This document shows positions 38,857 through 50,012 of a stretch of 64,000 nt of DNA, piece after piece (the stretch's first letter is position 1; each line of letters opens with the position of its first letter). Source of the stretch: Chiloscyllium plagiosum (taxonomy: Eukaryota). A program made the position numbers and the translations under genes. A model generated the notes under the pieces. That model did not search any database. It saw only the letters and a list, made by a program, of their open reading frames with translations, and was not told the origin of the DNA. Location of the stretch: positions 26,672,890-26,736,889 of the forward strand of contig NC_057720.1 in the NCBI RefSeq assembly GCF_004010195.1. The letters run 5' to 3'.

Positions 38857-39694
38857 ACTTTATAGATGATTGGAAGGAGTGGCTATTGGTCTAGCTACAT
38901 TTGTACTGCCTTTTATACACAAAATTACTTGGGAAATTTTCCTCATTGTTAGGTAGATCCCAGTCTTATAAATGGATTGGAACAGTTTGGCCACAATGCA
39001 GATGCAGCTGTTTCTGGAGCACAAATCTTCAGTATTATTGCTGGAATGTTGTCAGGGTCCATTAGGCTTTGTTGTACCCAGTGCCTTCAGATATTCCGTG
39101 GAGTGAATTGAATTGATTGAAGTCATATGGGGAAACCTGGGAACTTGGACATTCAGCCAAGTTTATTGGTAAGATAACAGTATTTTTTTTCACTTGTACT
39201 TCCTACTTTGCAGTTTACCAAATTGAAAGGCTAACTGTTTACAGGCAGGAAACCCAATGGCAGGAGTCTGCAACGTCAGTCCTTCAGAGACTGCTACCAT
39301 TAAATGCAATCGCAGGTCAGGTTTCAGAGTTGATGGCAGGATGTGATGGTTTAATGCAGGATTGGGCAGGATGGAGTTTGGCAATGATCTTGGGCAGTCT
39401 TCAGTTGGGGTTAGATATGGAGAAGTAACCAATCATGACAGGAAGGAGAAAGAGGAAGAGAGAGAGAGACCACAATTGGGAGAGGAAGTCATTAGTTTGC
39501 TCAAGTAGCCTCTTGACCCACAAGCAGTGCTATGAGGAATTCTTGCCTTGTGAGCTAACAGTTCGTCACTTTTTTTCACCAGATATCCTGAACCCTGCGA
39601 ACCAAGACAACAATTAAACCTAAGTCAAACTCTCAATTAGAGATTCACTTAAATCCGATAAGGTGGCAGGAGACAGGCATCCCTAAAGTAAGCG

Positions 39695-40050
39695 ATAGCC
39701 GAGTGATATTATCACGGAACTGTTAATCTAAAGAGCCAAGTAATATTCTGGAGACCCGGCTTCAAATCCCACCAGGCAGATGGTGGAATTTGAATTCAAT
39801 AAAAACCTGAAGATAAGAGTCTAATGATGAGTATGAAACCATTGCCAATTGTCAGGAGCAAAAACCTATATTGTCTGGTTCACCAATGTCCTTTAGGGAA
39901 GGAAATCTGCCATCCTTACCTGGTCTGGCCTACATGTGACTCCAGATCCACAGCAACGTGGTTGACTCTCAACTGCCTTCTGGTCAAATTAGAGGTAATA
40001 AATACTGGTCCAGCTAGTGACACCCACATTGTATGAATATATAATAAAAT
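39695..40050 (+). mobile_element. Second tRNA-derived SINE family
   Basis: B-box-like ggcttcaaatccc, body gcagatggtggaatttgaattcaataaaa, A-rich end; partial copies at ~56180-56295 and 61885-62015. Confidence 0.7.
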
Positions 40051-40238
40051 AAATCTCAAGACCTACCACTGTAGAAATAACAGCAGCCATATAAACATCA
40101 GCTTGCAGAATTGCTCCCCCATGTTTTAGGCTTTTCCCCACAAACCTCCTTCCTTTACCCATCTCCATGTCCTCCTGCTGATCAGGTGAGGTGGGTAGGT
40201 TAATACTAAGGTTGTAATCTTTGTTTCTCTCTACATGG

Positions 40239-40443
40239 TCAGAAGGCACATGACACCAGGTTATCGTCCAACAAGTTTATTTGAAATCACAAGCTTTCAG
40301 AGAGTTGTCTCCTCCGTCAGCTGCCCACTTCACCTGATGAAGGGGCAGCACTCTGAAACCTAGTGATTTCAAAAAAACCTGCTGGACTATCACCTGATGT
40401 TGTGTAACTTCTGACCTTGTCCAACACCGGTACCTCCACATGA
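40239..40443. mobile_element. Palindromic mini-PLE (family B), 13 bp TSD
   Basis: Inverted arms around cac CTGATGA aggggc agc actct GAAA; TSD tctctctacatgg (40226-40238) / tctctccacatgg (40444-40456). Confidence 0.8.
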
Positions 40444-41199
40444 TCTCTCCACATGGCCCACCTTACACTAACACAGCCTAACGTACTGAATGTTTCCAAT
40501 TCTTTTGATTTTATTTCTGTTGATTTTAAAATTGGGGATAACTTTTAATTTTGTCAGTGCAATGACACTTCCACACGTGTGTGGGTGAAGATCTCCTGTT
40601 TGTTTTATTAGTGTTCTGCACCAAGCTGCCACAAACTGTCAAATTATGCTTACCATAATTTTTCAAAGCTGTGCACTATCACATCAAAATATTACATTCA
40701 ACAGCAGTGTAATAACTCATGATGACCAGCAGAGACCTTGCCAATCATTTCCCAGAGGACTGGATGACACAACCGCAGCAGTCAGTATTAGCATCCTCAG
40801 ACAGAACTGTTCATTGCAATAGACAACCCGTCACTGGGAGAACACACCTCCCACGGAACATCAGTCCTTGAGAAAGCCATTATGTGTGTAATCATAGACA
40901 GTATTATCACACAGCAGTGCAATATCAATATCTGAGCTAAACAAGAAATGTTCCAAAGACAGGAGCCTGCAGCACAAACAGCAAGCATTTATGAGCGTGA
41001 AACCCTCATTGTCAATTTATCTCTGTTACTCGTTTGGGCCCCAAAGGTAAACTGGGAGCAATTCATCTCTCGTCAACAGGACACTTTATGGTTAAATCTT
41101 AATATTACTTCCTTCATGTAGTAAAAACAAAAGATCTTGTTTTATATCCCTCCTACACTTACATATCAATGCAGCATCTGTACCAATTTAAATCACTCT

Positions 41200-41445
41200 C
41201 ATAGTTATGGCCATACCTTCAGCTGCTGGGGCACGAAGCTATGGAATTTCTCTCCAAGCCTCTCTGCTTCTCTCTCTTTCTTTGCTCTTTAAGATACTCC
41301 TTAAAGCCTATCACTTTATCCCAGCATTTTTTTTAACGTCTCCCCTGATGCCTCCTGATCCACTCATGAGTAAATTTGGTTTGAATACGTTTCTGTGAAG
41401 TATCTTGAGAACTCAGTATCCAATGATTACCACAAGTTGTTGTGT
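41200..41445 (+). mobile_element. L2-type 3' end
   Basis: gccttcagc…tggaatttctctcc…tttaagatactccttaaagcctat…ctgtgaagtatcttgaga. Confidence 0.55.
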
Positions 41446-41621
41446 GCAATGAGGAAGATTTGGATTGCAGAGTAAAGTCTGAACCAAAGATTCTCTTTAA
41501 ATGACTAAGATATTTTACAAGATCCCTTTGTTACATTAAAATGCCAAGAATAGTCTCCACTACTGGATGGAAATCTGGGTTGAGGAAAGGGTGTTTTGGA
41601 ACATCTAACAGGATTATAGAA

Positions 41622-42807
41622 TGTGTTACAATCCCAGACCAGACCACATGTTTTGTTACAGTTCCAGAGAGGACTCTAAAGTATTATTGTGGTATGGTTA
41701 AGGGCCAGCAACATTTTTTTTCATGTAAATTACATTTGCGATTCCAGGTATTTAACTGTGAGAATAAAGCTACAAGATAACCTGGTTTTAAACAAGCCAA
41801 ATAAATTTGACTGAAAAAAAATCAGCAAAGTAAACAATTAACCGCATGCATCTTATAACCTAACATCAAGAAATAGCAGGAGGTATTCATGAATTAACAG
41901 GCAAACTGTGATCGAACACACTACCATCTGCACATGAAATGGCAGGCACGACCACAACCGTTTCCATAATTTTTTTTAGCATGGTCACAGTGAGTCACAG
42001 AAACCCTTTAAAACTCTGTCTCTCTCATGAGGGATTTCAGCTCTTCTCTTTCAAAGGTCTAGCTTCTGATTTCCTCTCCCACTCCACCTCAGACTGTCTC
42101 AAGATGGCTCACCTCATAGATGCTTGTTCTCTTCTCCGGAGACTGAATCCCACTGGATTCACAAGACTGCCATTTAGCATCTAATCACTGGCACAACTCC
42201 AACTCTCCAGCTGCTCGAAGCAGAGCCCACCTGCCTGAGGGCTTTCTTTTGAGCCAACTGCCAGCTTCACAGCAGAAAATTGCTGCTCTAGGCTTTCCTT
42301 GCCCCAACTCTCTAGCAAACAACTTGCTTTCAATTTCACTGAGCCAATAAGTGCCCCAAGGGTGCCCTGAGCCCCAATAGGCCAGAAGAACAGAGCCCGC
42401 TAACCTTTCACTGCCTTCTCAGCTCTCCACAGACATCCCCGGGTCAAAATGCTTTGAGCCAGCCAACAGCAGCACTTTGGCTGCATGGAATCTCTTCTGC
42501 TCTTGATTAATTTTCCAATCAGTAACTGCTGCTCATTGACCCTTGTACTGATTTTCATAATTCTTTATAACTTTAAACAGAATCTCATCAAGTCACACAA
42601 TTCCAGGTCTCTTGGATCAAGTGGTTCCTTCCTCTGAGCACAAAATCAGCATGTTTGGAAGTGAACCTGAGACAGAATGGCTTCTGCTATGTCAGATTTA
42701 TATCCGTCATCACACTTTCTTCAGAGTAAATTCTCATGTTACTGAAATAGTCAAGATTTAAAATTCTTTCCAATCTGACTTTGCAATTTTGGCAATGAAT
42801 CTTGACA
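41622..42807 (-). mobile_element. Possible solo LTR
   Basis: tgttaca…ttgaca termini and LTR-like composition; TSD not evident. Confidence 0.3.
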
Positions 42808-42839
42808 ATCCATGTTTCTGTTTCTGAAACTGGAAGAGA

Positions 42840-43176
42840 ATTTAGAATCCCTATGGTGTAGGTGCAGACCATTTGGCACATCAAGTCCACCCTGGCCCTC
42901 TGAAAAGCATCCCATCCAGGTGTACCTCTACCCTATCCCTATAACCCTGCATATCCCATGGCTAATTCACCTAGCCTGCATGTCTCTGGACATGATTGGC
43001 AATTTAGCACAGCCAAAGCACCTGACCTGCACATCATTGAACTGTGGGAGGAAACCGATGCAGACATGAGGAAGAATGTGCAAACTCCACATAGACAGTC
43101 ACCCAAGGCTGGATTCGAATCCACGTTCCTGGCACTGTAAGGCAGTAGTGCTAACCACTGAGCCACTGTGCCACCT
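42840..43176 (-). mobile_element. HE1-type SINE
   Basis: Reverse-complement head (gctaaccactgagccactgtgcc), core and tail. Confidence 0.9.
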
Positions 43177-43599
43177 AACTTCTGGCTGCTTTCACCCACC
43201 TTAGTTTATTGATTATCCTTCTGCTTGATGAAAGTGACAAGTTTAACCTGTTGCAAATATGCTTTACGAATCAACTTCATTGAGGATATTTCATTAACTG
43301 GGTTTGCTTTTCTGCATTCATTCCTAATCCTTTAATGCTTCTTTGTAGATCTCTTGTGGCTTTGCCTTCAGTAAATCAAAGTTCACTCTGTTTTATAAGG
43401 GCCAAATGCTGAGTCATGCGAACCACAAAGTATCATGTTACTGATGAGATGGAACTGTATCTAATCTGGTCTATTTATTATTTCCTTAAAGAATACCTCC
43501 TGTAGGTACATCCTCTAATCAGTTACAGGCTAAGCATGTTCGAATGTCAATCACTGTATTGTCGTGTATCTCCAGCTTCCAGGCAAAAGAAAAACAAGA

Positions 43600-44330
43600 A
43601 ATTTAGTGTTACAACAACCAACCAATCAGGTCTAAGCTCTGCAGTTACTACCAGTCAGGAATAATGATGGACAACTGAACAACCACTGGAGGAGGAGGAG
43701 GTTCCACAAACATTCCTATCCTCAATGGTGAAAGAGCCCAGCACATCAGCAAAAGCTAAGGAATCCATCTTCAGCCGCAAGTGCCATGCAAATGATCCTT
43801 CAATTGACTCACTGTGATATCAAAAAATTGCTGAAGACTCTGGATACAGCAGAGACTTCAGGCTCCAACAGTATTCCAGTTTTAATCCTGCAGTGCTATG
43901 CTTTAGGACTAGCCAAAATGTTCTCAAAGACATGCAATATTGACATCTTCATGACAAAGTGGATAAGTGGCCAGTTATGCTTGAAAAGAGCAAATATAAT
44001 GTAACCAATTACTACCTTATTTGTTTAGTCTTGAGCACCAAGAAGGTGATGGAGGGTATAGTCGACAGTGCTTTTTTTAAAGTGACAATTATTTACAAAT
44101 AATTTGTTCCTATGCTCTCCGTTTGGGTTCTAACAGGGTCATGCAGTTCCAGACCTCATTGTAAACATGGAATAAAGAGCTACATTTGAGAGGGTATGTC
44201 ACCAAGTGGCCTTAGCAAAAATATCAGTAAGAATGAGGAGAACATTCTCCATTGCTTGGAGTCAGAAGAGGGGATGTTTGTTGATGACTACACAATGGTC
44301 ATCACCATTGACAGTTCAACAGATAAACAG
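43600..44330 (+). mobile_element. Decayed CR1-clade RT fragment
   Basis: DIKKLLKTLDTAETSGSNSIP; later atgtttgttgatgactacaca (MF.DD.T). Confidence 0.65.
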
Positions 44331-45513
44331 TATGGAGAGTGGATGATTAAAATGCCTGGCAAAGATTTAGACTGAGTAATGGGCCAAAACAAAATGTTCA
44401 ACATCAAGGAGATGGAGCCTTGGGTTTCAGACTGGAAAATGTAGAAATAAAGGAGAATTAAAAAATGAAATAAAGGAGATTAAAATTATCCAAGAAAATA
44501 ATTTAGCTCTCACAGAATGTGGCTAGGAGACATTAAAACTGATAAGCAATAGTGCAAGATGAACTGGCAAATAGCTTTGGTGATCTAAAAAGTTGTGAAA
44601 AATAACCTAATCACAATAGCACTATTATCAATGTTGAGATTCTATCAGGAAAGGAAGAGGATCTTTTCCCATCATGTAACAGAACTTTCAGAAAATTGCA
44701 AATTTGGGCAATTTCTAGCAGAAGCACTCAGAGGCAGATTGGTTAGTAGCTGTTCCTTGGACTCTTTGGCTAGAAGATAATTTGACTTTGAAAAATGAAG
44801 CAGAAATTGCTGTGAGCATGAGATTGCTGTGAAATGAAGAGAGAACATTGAAACAGGACTGGACAGGAGAGAACAAAGCACAGACTGAGACTCTGAAATT
44901 CTGTCAATGCTTTTACAGGAAAAGGTGGGGGGAGAGCAGCTGCAGTACATGGAGCTGAAAGCAGATATGCCACATTACACCCATTCTGAAAATACACACA
45001 AAGTGGGGTGAAAGTGACTGTTGTCAGTAGATTCACAAAATCTTGAACTCTCCAAATGAGCAAATGATGAGGGTTCAAATCTTGCTGTCTCCAGATCATC
45101 AGATAGGGACCTTTGTCAGCAGATGTGCAGACATACCTGTGAATTACCTGAGTAATCTAATCTTTTGATGGAATCATTACCTGCTCACCACAACCCTCTG
45201 GATTAGATACATAGTACTTACCTATATACTTACCGTGAAAACGTTCAACAGTTTTTAAATTTGTCTAATACCTAGGTAACTCCATAATGAAGCTGGATCC
45301 ACCAGGGAGTAGGCCCCAGCCAGAAGTCTTTCAGGAGTTTAGAAGGATGAGGGATCTTATTAAAACTTACAGAGTACTCAGAGGCCTGGATAAAATGGAT
45401 CTGGAGAAGGTGTATCCACTGGTAGGAGAAACTGGGACCATGGGCAGAGCTTCGCAGTGAAGGGAACTGAGATGAGGAGGGATTCTTTTCAAACAGAGGA
45501 TGGTGAATCTATG

Positions 45514-45740
45514 AGGAGAAAGTGAGGTCTGCAGATGCTGGAGATCAAAGTTGAAACTTTATTGCTGGAACAGCACAGCAGGTCAGGCAGCATCCAGGGA
45601 ACAGGAGATTCGACGTTTCGGGCACAGGCCCTTCTTCAGGAAATGGATTCCTGAAGAAGGGCCTGTGCCCGAAACGTCGAATCTCCTGTTCCCTGGATGC
45701 TGCCTGACCTGCTGTGCTGTTCCAGCAATAAAGTTTCAAC
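45514..45740. mobile_element. Young palindromic mini-PLE, perfect 93 bp arms, 15 bp TSD
   Basis: Arms 45550-45642 and 45648-45740 are exact reverse complements; exact TSD gatggtgaatctatg at 45499-45513 and 45741-45755. Confidence 0.95.
45645..45684 (+). ncRNA. Minimal type-I hammerhead ribozyme motif (a mirror copy lies on the - strand at ~45606-45642)
   Basis: ggattc-CTGAAGA-a-gggc(ctgt)gccc-GAA-AC/GT-C-gaatct. Stem I gattc/gaatc, 4 bp stem II, palindromic ACGU stem III, predicted cleavage after GUC. Confidence 0.75.
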
Positions 45741-47329
45741 GATGGTGAATCTATGGAATCCATTGCTGCAGAAGGCTGCAGAGGCCAAGTCACTGAAACC
45801 AGAAAACACACTGAGCAGTGAGTTTATTTAAGATGGAAACAGATAGGTTCTTGATTGACAAGGGGATCAAAAGTTAAATGGAGAAAGCAGGAGCATTGGC
45901 TTGAGAAACATATCAGCCTTGATCGAATGGTGGATCAGACTTAATGGGCTGATTGGTTTAATTCTGCTCCTGTATCTTATGGTTATGGCAGCCCAGCATC
46001 TTCCAGTGACCAGCGACATTGGTTTTGAAGCCTGCAACAGACCAAGAAACTAATGAAAGGTTTGCCTGTAAGTTTTTAACAAGCTCATTGGTGGGCAGTG
46101 GATCAGGTCATTTTGCATTGGGATGGCAGCTTAGTTGTCAACTACACTTTGTCACAAAGATATAAAATCGTGTCCATTGTTAGTAAGACTTTTGGGAGAC
46201 CAGGGGAAACATGCCTTCCCCTTTCAAGATGCAAGGATGCTTTGCCTTGTCTCAATTTTGCTGCATTAAAGATTGGGTGGAATTTCATTCAGACTTCACT
46301 ATTAACCCTTTTAGAATCATTACCTTTTATAGCAGAAGGAAACTGTGCAAATTGCAAAATCAAATGGCCAAGCAAGCTACCTGTGTCTCTTAATTAGTGA
46401 CGTAGATATTATGATTGCTATGGTGGAATATTAGGAGAGCCCCACATGTGACTTCCCTGTTGCAAATAGCACTTAAGTTTTACTGTCACCAATATGTGGC
46501 TCATAACATACTCTTACCTGAGCCATCTCTTCACACTCTACAGGGTTGATTTTAAACCAGGGTGAGTTATGGGCAAATGTGAGGTAAACCAAGTGCTAAA
46601 TGCATTCTCTGGTTTCAGGCCTAACATATTTTATTCAATCTGTATGTCTATCATCCACCTGAAATAGTTCAAAAATGGCTGCCAGCCAACAGGCAGTGAC
46701 CACAGGCCCCCAGCAGGTAGCAAGAAAAGGCTCAGGAAACAGCAGGTATTTCATTGAAGCTAAAGATTTCAGGGGAAGAAGGTGGAAGTCTAGGGCAGAC
46801 CTTAAAATGGAATTAGAACCCCACTAATGTAACAAGATTTCAGTGTGCATAACTTCACAAGGTCTCTGCCAGTTTTAAGTAGACATTTTGTCTGCCTCCA
46901 GAACATGGTGGGCAAAAATTCATCAAGTTACAAAAAAAAGGTGAGTGCAGACTAATTGCCTATTTTTGACTTTCCATACTCCCAGTTTCTAGAACATATG
47001 TAGGGCTACAATCAACTCCTTTCTCACCATTCATCTTTATTTTACATTCATAGTTTTCTCTCTTGCTCTTCAAGCTACAACTCTACTGTCTGGCGACCAA
47101 AACTTTTTTCAGTTATGAAAGTTACTCTGAAATTGCACAATCTCAAAGCTCTGGCCTTTTGACACTGATTGGTATCATTGACTTTAAAGTACATTATCAT
47201 TAAATGGCTTCCTGCCAAAGGTACATTCATGGCTAAGTAATTTTGTTTCAAATCACTCTATCTGTGGTGAACTTCATGTTCTTTTTTTGTGACTCTTTTT
47301 CCATTACTTAAAGAATATAGAGTTTTTAA

Positions 47330-47760
47330 GGCTCTATACTTTCTCACACTTTGCTCCTTCTTCATATCAATGACCTCTGACACTCATCATTCAACCCTAT
47401 CTACTCTTTTGATGATGATTCCACTCTACGTTCATCAACTTACTTCATACTCTATGACATCTGTGCTCAAACCTTTTAGTTTCTTCACATCGCAGAATTG
47501 CCGCTTGAAGATCCTCTCCCCACCTGCCGCAGAGCAGTGGAAACCTTGTTTACTTCAGATCCTCTGTGTCTCTCACTAGTCGAACCACAGTTATCACCTT
47601 CTTATCTTTGATGTCTCCAACATTAGTCATTCTTTATCAGTTCACACTATTGCCCTTTCACTAACTTTTGGTGGAAAGTGGAATTAGAACTTCTTTCTTT
47701 CATGCCAAACTCTTCTTCTTAGCAACTCTTAATTCTCTGTGAAGGTTAAGCATGTCCTAA
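47330..47760 (+). mobile_element. Very decayed non-LTR RT fragment
   Basis: atatcaatgacctc…aaccctatctactcttttgatgatgattccactct resembles INDL…NPIYSFADDSTL. Confidence 0.45.
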
Positions 47761-47954
47761 ACTTTAATACTTTTTTGATCTGGGGTTAATTTAACATCTC
47801 CACTGTATCCAACACAGAGTAAAAGTAGAATAGCTGTTGCAGAGTGTTTACAGCACAGAATCACACAATTTGGACAAAAGCTTCACATAAGCAGATCTTA
47901 GCCTTCATCATATAACCTGACCAATATATCCTTCTATGACTTTCCCCCTCATTG

Positions 47955-48247
47955 GAATTAGAATCTCTATAGTATGGAAGCAGGCTCTTCACCCAACAAG
48001 ACCCTCTGAAGAGTTCCATTCCCCTACCCTATATTTGCCCTTGACTAATAACCAACGATATGGGCAATTTAGCGTGGCCAATTCACCTAACCTGCACATC
48101 TTTGGATTGTGGGAGGAAACCGAAACACCAAGAGAAAGCCCACACAGACTCAGGGATAATGTGCAAACTCCACATAGACATTCACCTGAGGCTGGAATCA
48201 AACCTGGCGCTGTGAGGCAGTTGTGCTAACCACTCAGCCACCGTGCC
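47955..48247 (-). mobile_element. HE1-type SINE
   Basis: Reverse-complement HE1 core and head. Confidence 0.85.
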
Positions 48248-49809
48248 TCATATGTTTATCCAACTTCCCCTTAAATATATATAAATATATGTTATTTGCT
48301 GCAACAATTCCTTGAAGTAGTGAGTCTAACTTGCTAACCACTGTCTGAATATAAACATTTCTTTTGCACTCATGAATATCCTCTCACTGTAATCCTCTAA
48401 CTCATGTTTTATTTTCCCAGGACAATTGGAGTCCTTATATTCTCAAGTTTTTCATTTCTCTTTTACTTGTAAAAGTTTCAAAACCTAAATTAACCACCAC
48501 CTAACCAAGACTTCCCAATTTACATCAGCTTCTCATTTATATTCATACTGCTTGCATGGTTACGCTGTTTTTTGGGTTCTCAGCATGGCCTTTTTCAATA
48601 AAACAAAATTTTTAAGATTGGAGGGTAAATCTCACAATCCCAAGCCCCAGTGGGGAGCTGGCCTAGAAGGAACCCAGTTTGCAGCAGTCTGAGCTGAAGC
48701 AAGGTCATACTGATTCTAAACCCAATCACACTTTCTTGTCGCCCATTCATCTTTGCAAGTGATTAGAGTAAATCTAAGTATGTTCTAAAGAACATAGCAA
48801 AAACTGAGTCCAAAAACTTTGTTTATTATTGTTTGATTGTTAATTCCAGTTTTCTGCCTCCGTACTCATCTATTGACACTTTCTTTAGAAGCCCAGGTTG
48901 TGGTTGCCTCTGAAACTGCTTTAAATTCCTTACCATTGTGACTGGCCAGGTTGCATCCTTACCACTTATGATCTTCCGTGTGATGAATTCTGCCTTAAGT
49001 CCCACATTTATTGCTAATTTCCTCAGATCTGAAATTCCTCTGATGGAGAAAGGGCACTGGTTCGGTCCATTGGGTGGAATCTAGATGGCCTGACTTTCTA
49101 TCACACAGGTTGGCAAAACATTGACTCGTTTGCCTAACATCTGGTCCAAAACCTCAAGTCAGTACAACCACAAAGATCTAAAGCAAAAAAGAAGGCCATC
49201 TGATATTTAATATCATGTCTACGTTGGTATTTGCTGGTGTAATCATAAGTAGTTCTACTGTACTGCCCTTGCACCATAGCCCCTTTACCTTTCCCTGCTT
49301 TCAGACATTATCATTTTTCTTTAAAAGATGCAATATTTTCCACTCTTACCTGAGGTAAGGCATTGGGTCCTCTGATATCTATATAATTAGGTGTCTTTTG
49401 AAAGCCTCGAGAAGCAAGATTCTCTCCCCACTTTGAATGGCTGCTCAAAGTTAATGACCATCTTTCCATCTCTACCTCCCAAAACAGAAGAATATACTAG
49501 AATTTCAATCTCCCTGGTGCGGCATGATCAGGAACTTGGCAAGTACAGAGAAAATGAAAAAAATTTGGAATCTCATCCTTAAGGAAGAGATTTGCAATTT
49601 TCCCCTTAAGCCATAAACCACAACTTTAGAACCTTACTGTTGACTACCTTATTGCTGTCTCATTGTGTCTCATTAAGGGTCCAACTTACGTCATGTCCAT
49701 GGAAGTTCCAAATGTCCTTTCCTTTCATGAGAACTGGGAGGCATAAATTCCCGACACGTAAATTAGGATGGTTATCTGGTGGCTGAAATTTGCCAATTGT
49801 TAGTGCCAG

Positions 49810-50012
49810 TGTCGAGAGTGTGGTGCTGGAAACGCACAGCAGTTCAGGCAGCATCCAACGAGCAGGAGAATTGATATTTCGGGTATATGCCCTTCATCAG
49901 GAACCTGAAATGTCAATTCTCCAGCTCCTTAGATGCCGCCTGACCTGCTGTGCTTTTGCAGCACCACACTCTCAACTCCGCTCTCCAGTATCTGCAGTCC
50001 TCACTTTCTACT
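49810..50012. mobile_element. Palindromic mini-PLE (family A), 15 bp TSD
   Basis: TSD aattgttagtgccag (49795-49809) / aattgttggtgccag (50013-50027). Confidence 0.9.

Larger units (their letters stand above)
45333..45990 (+). mobile_element. CR1 3' fragment hosting the young palindrome
   Basis: gagtttagaaggatgagggatcttattaaaacttac…ggtgaatctatggaatcc…attctgctcctgtatcttatgg. Confidence 0.85.

Noticed and set aside
45545..45811. Mirror ORFs encoding the same peptide on both strands
   Set aside because: A trivial consequence of the DNA palindrome
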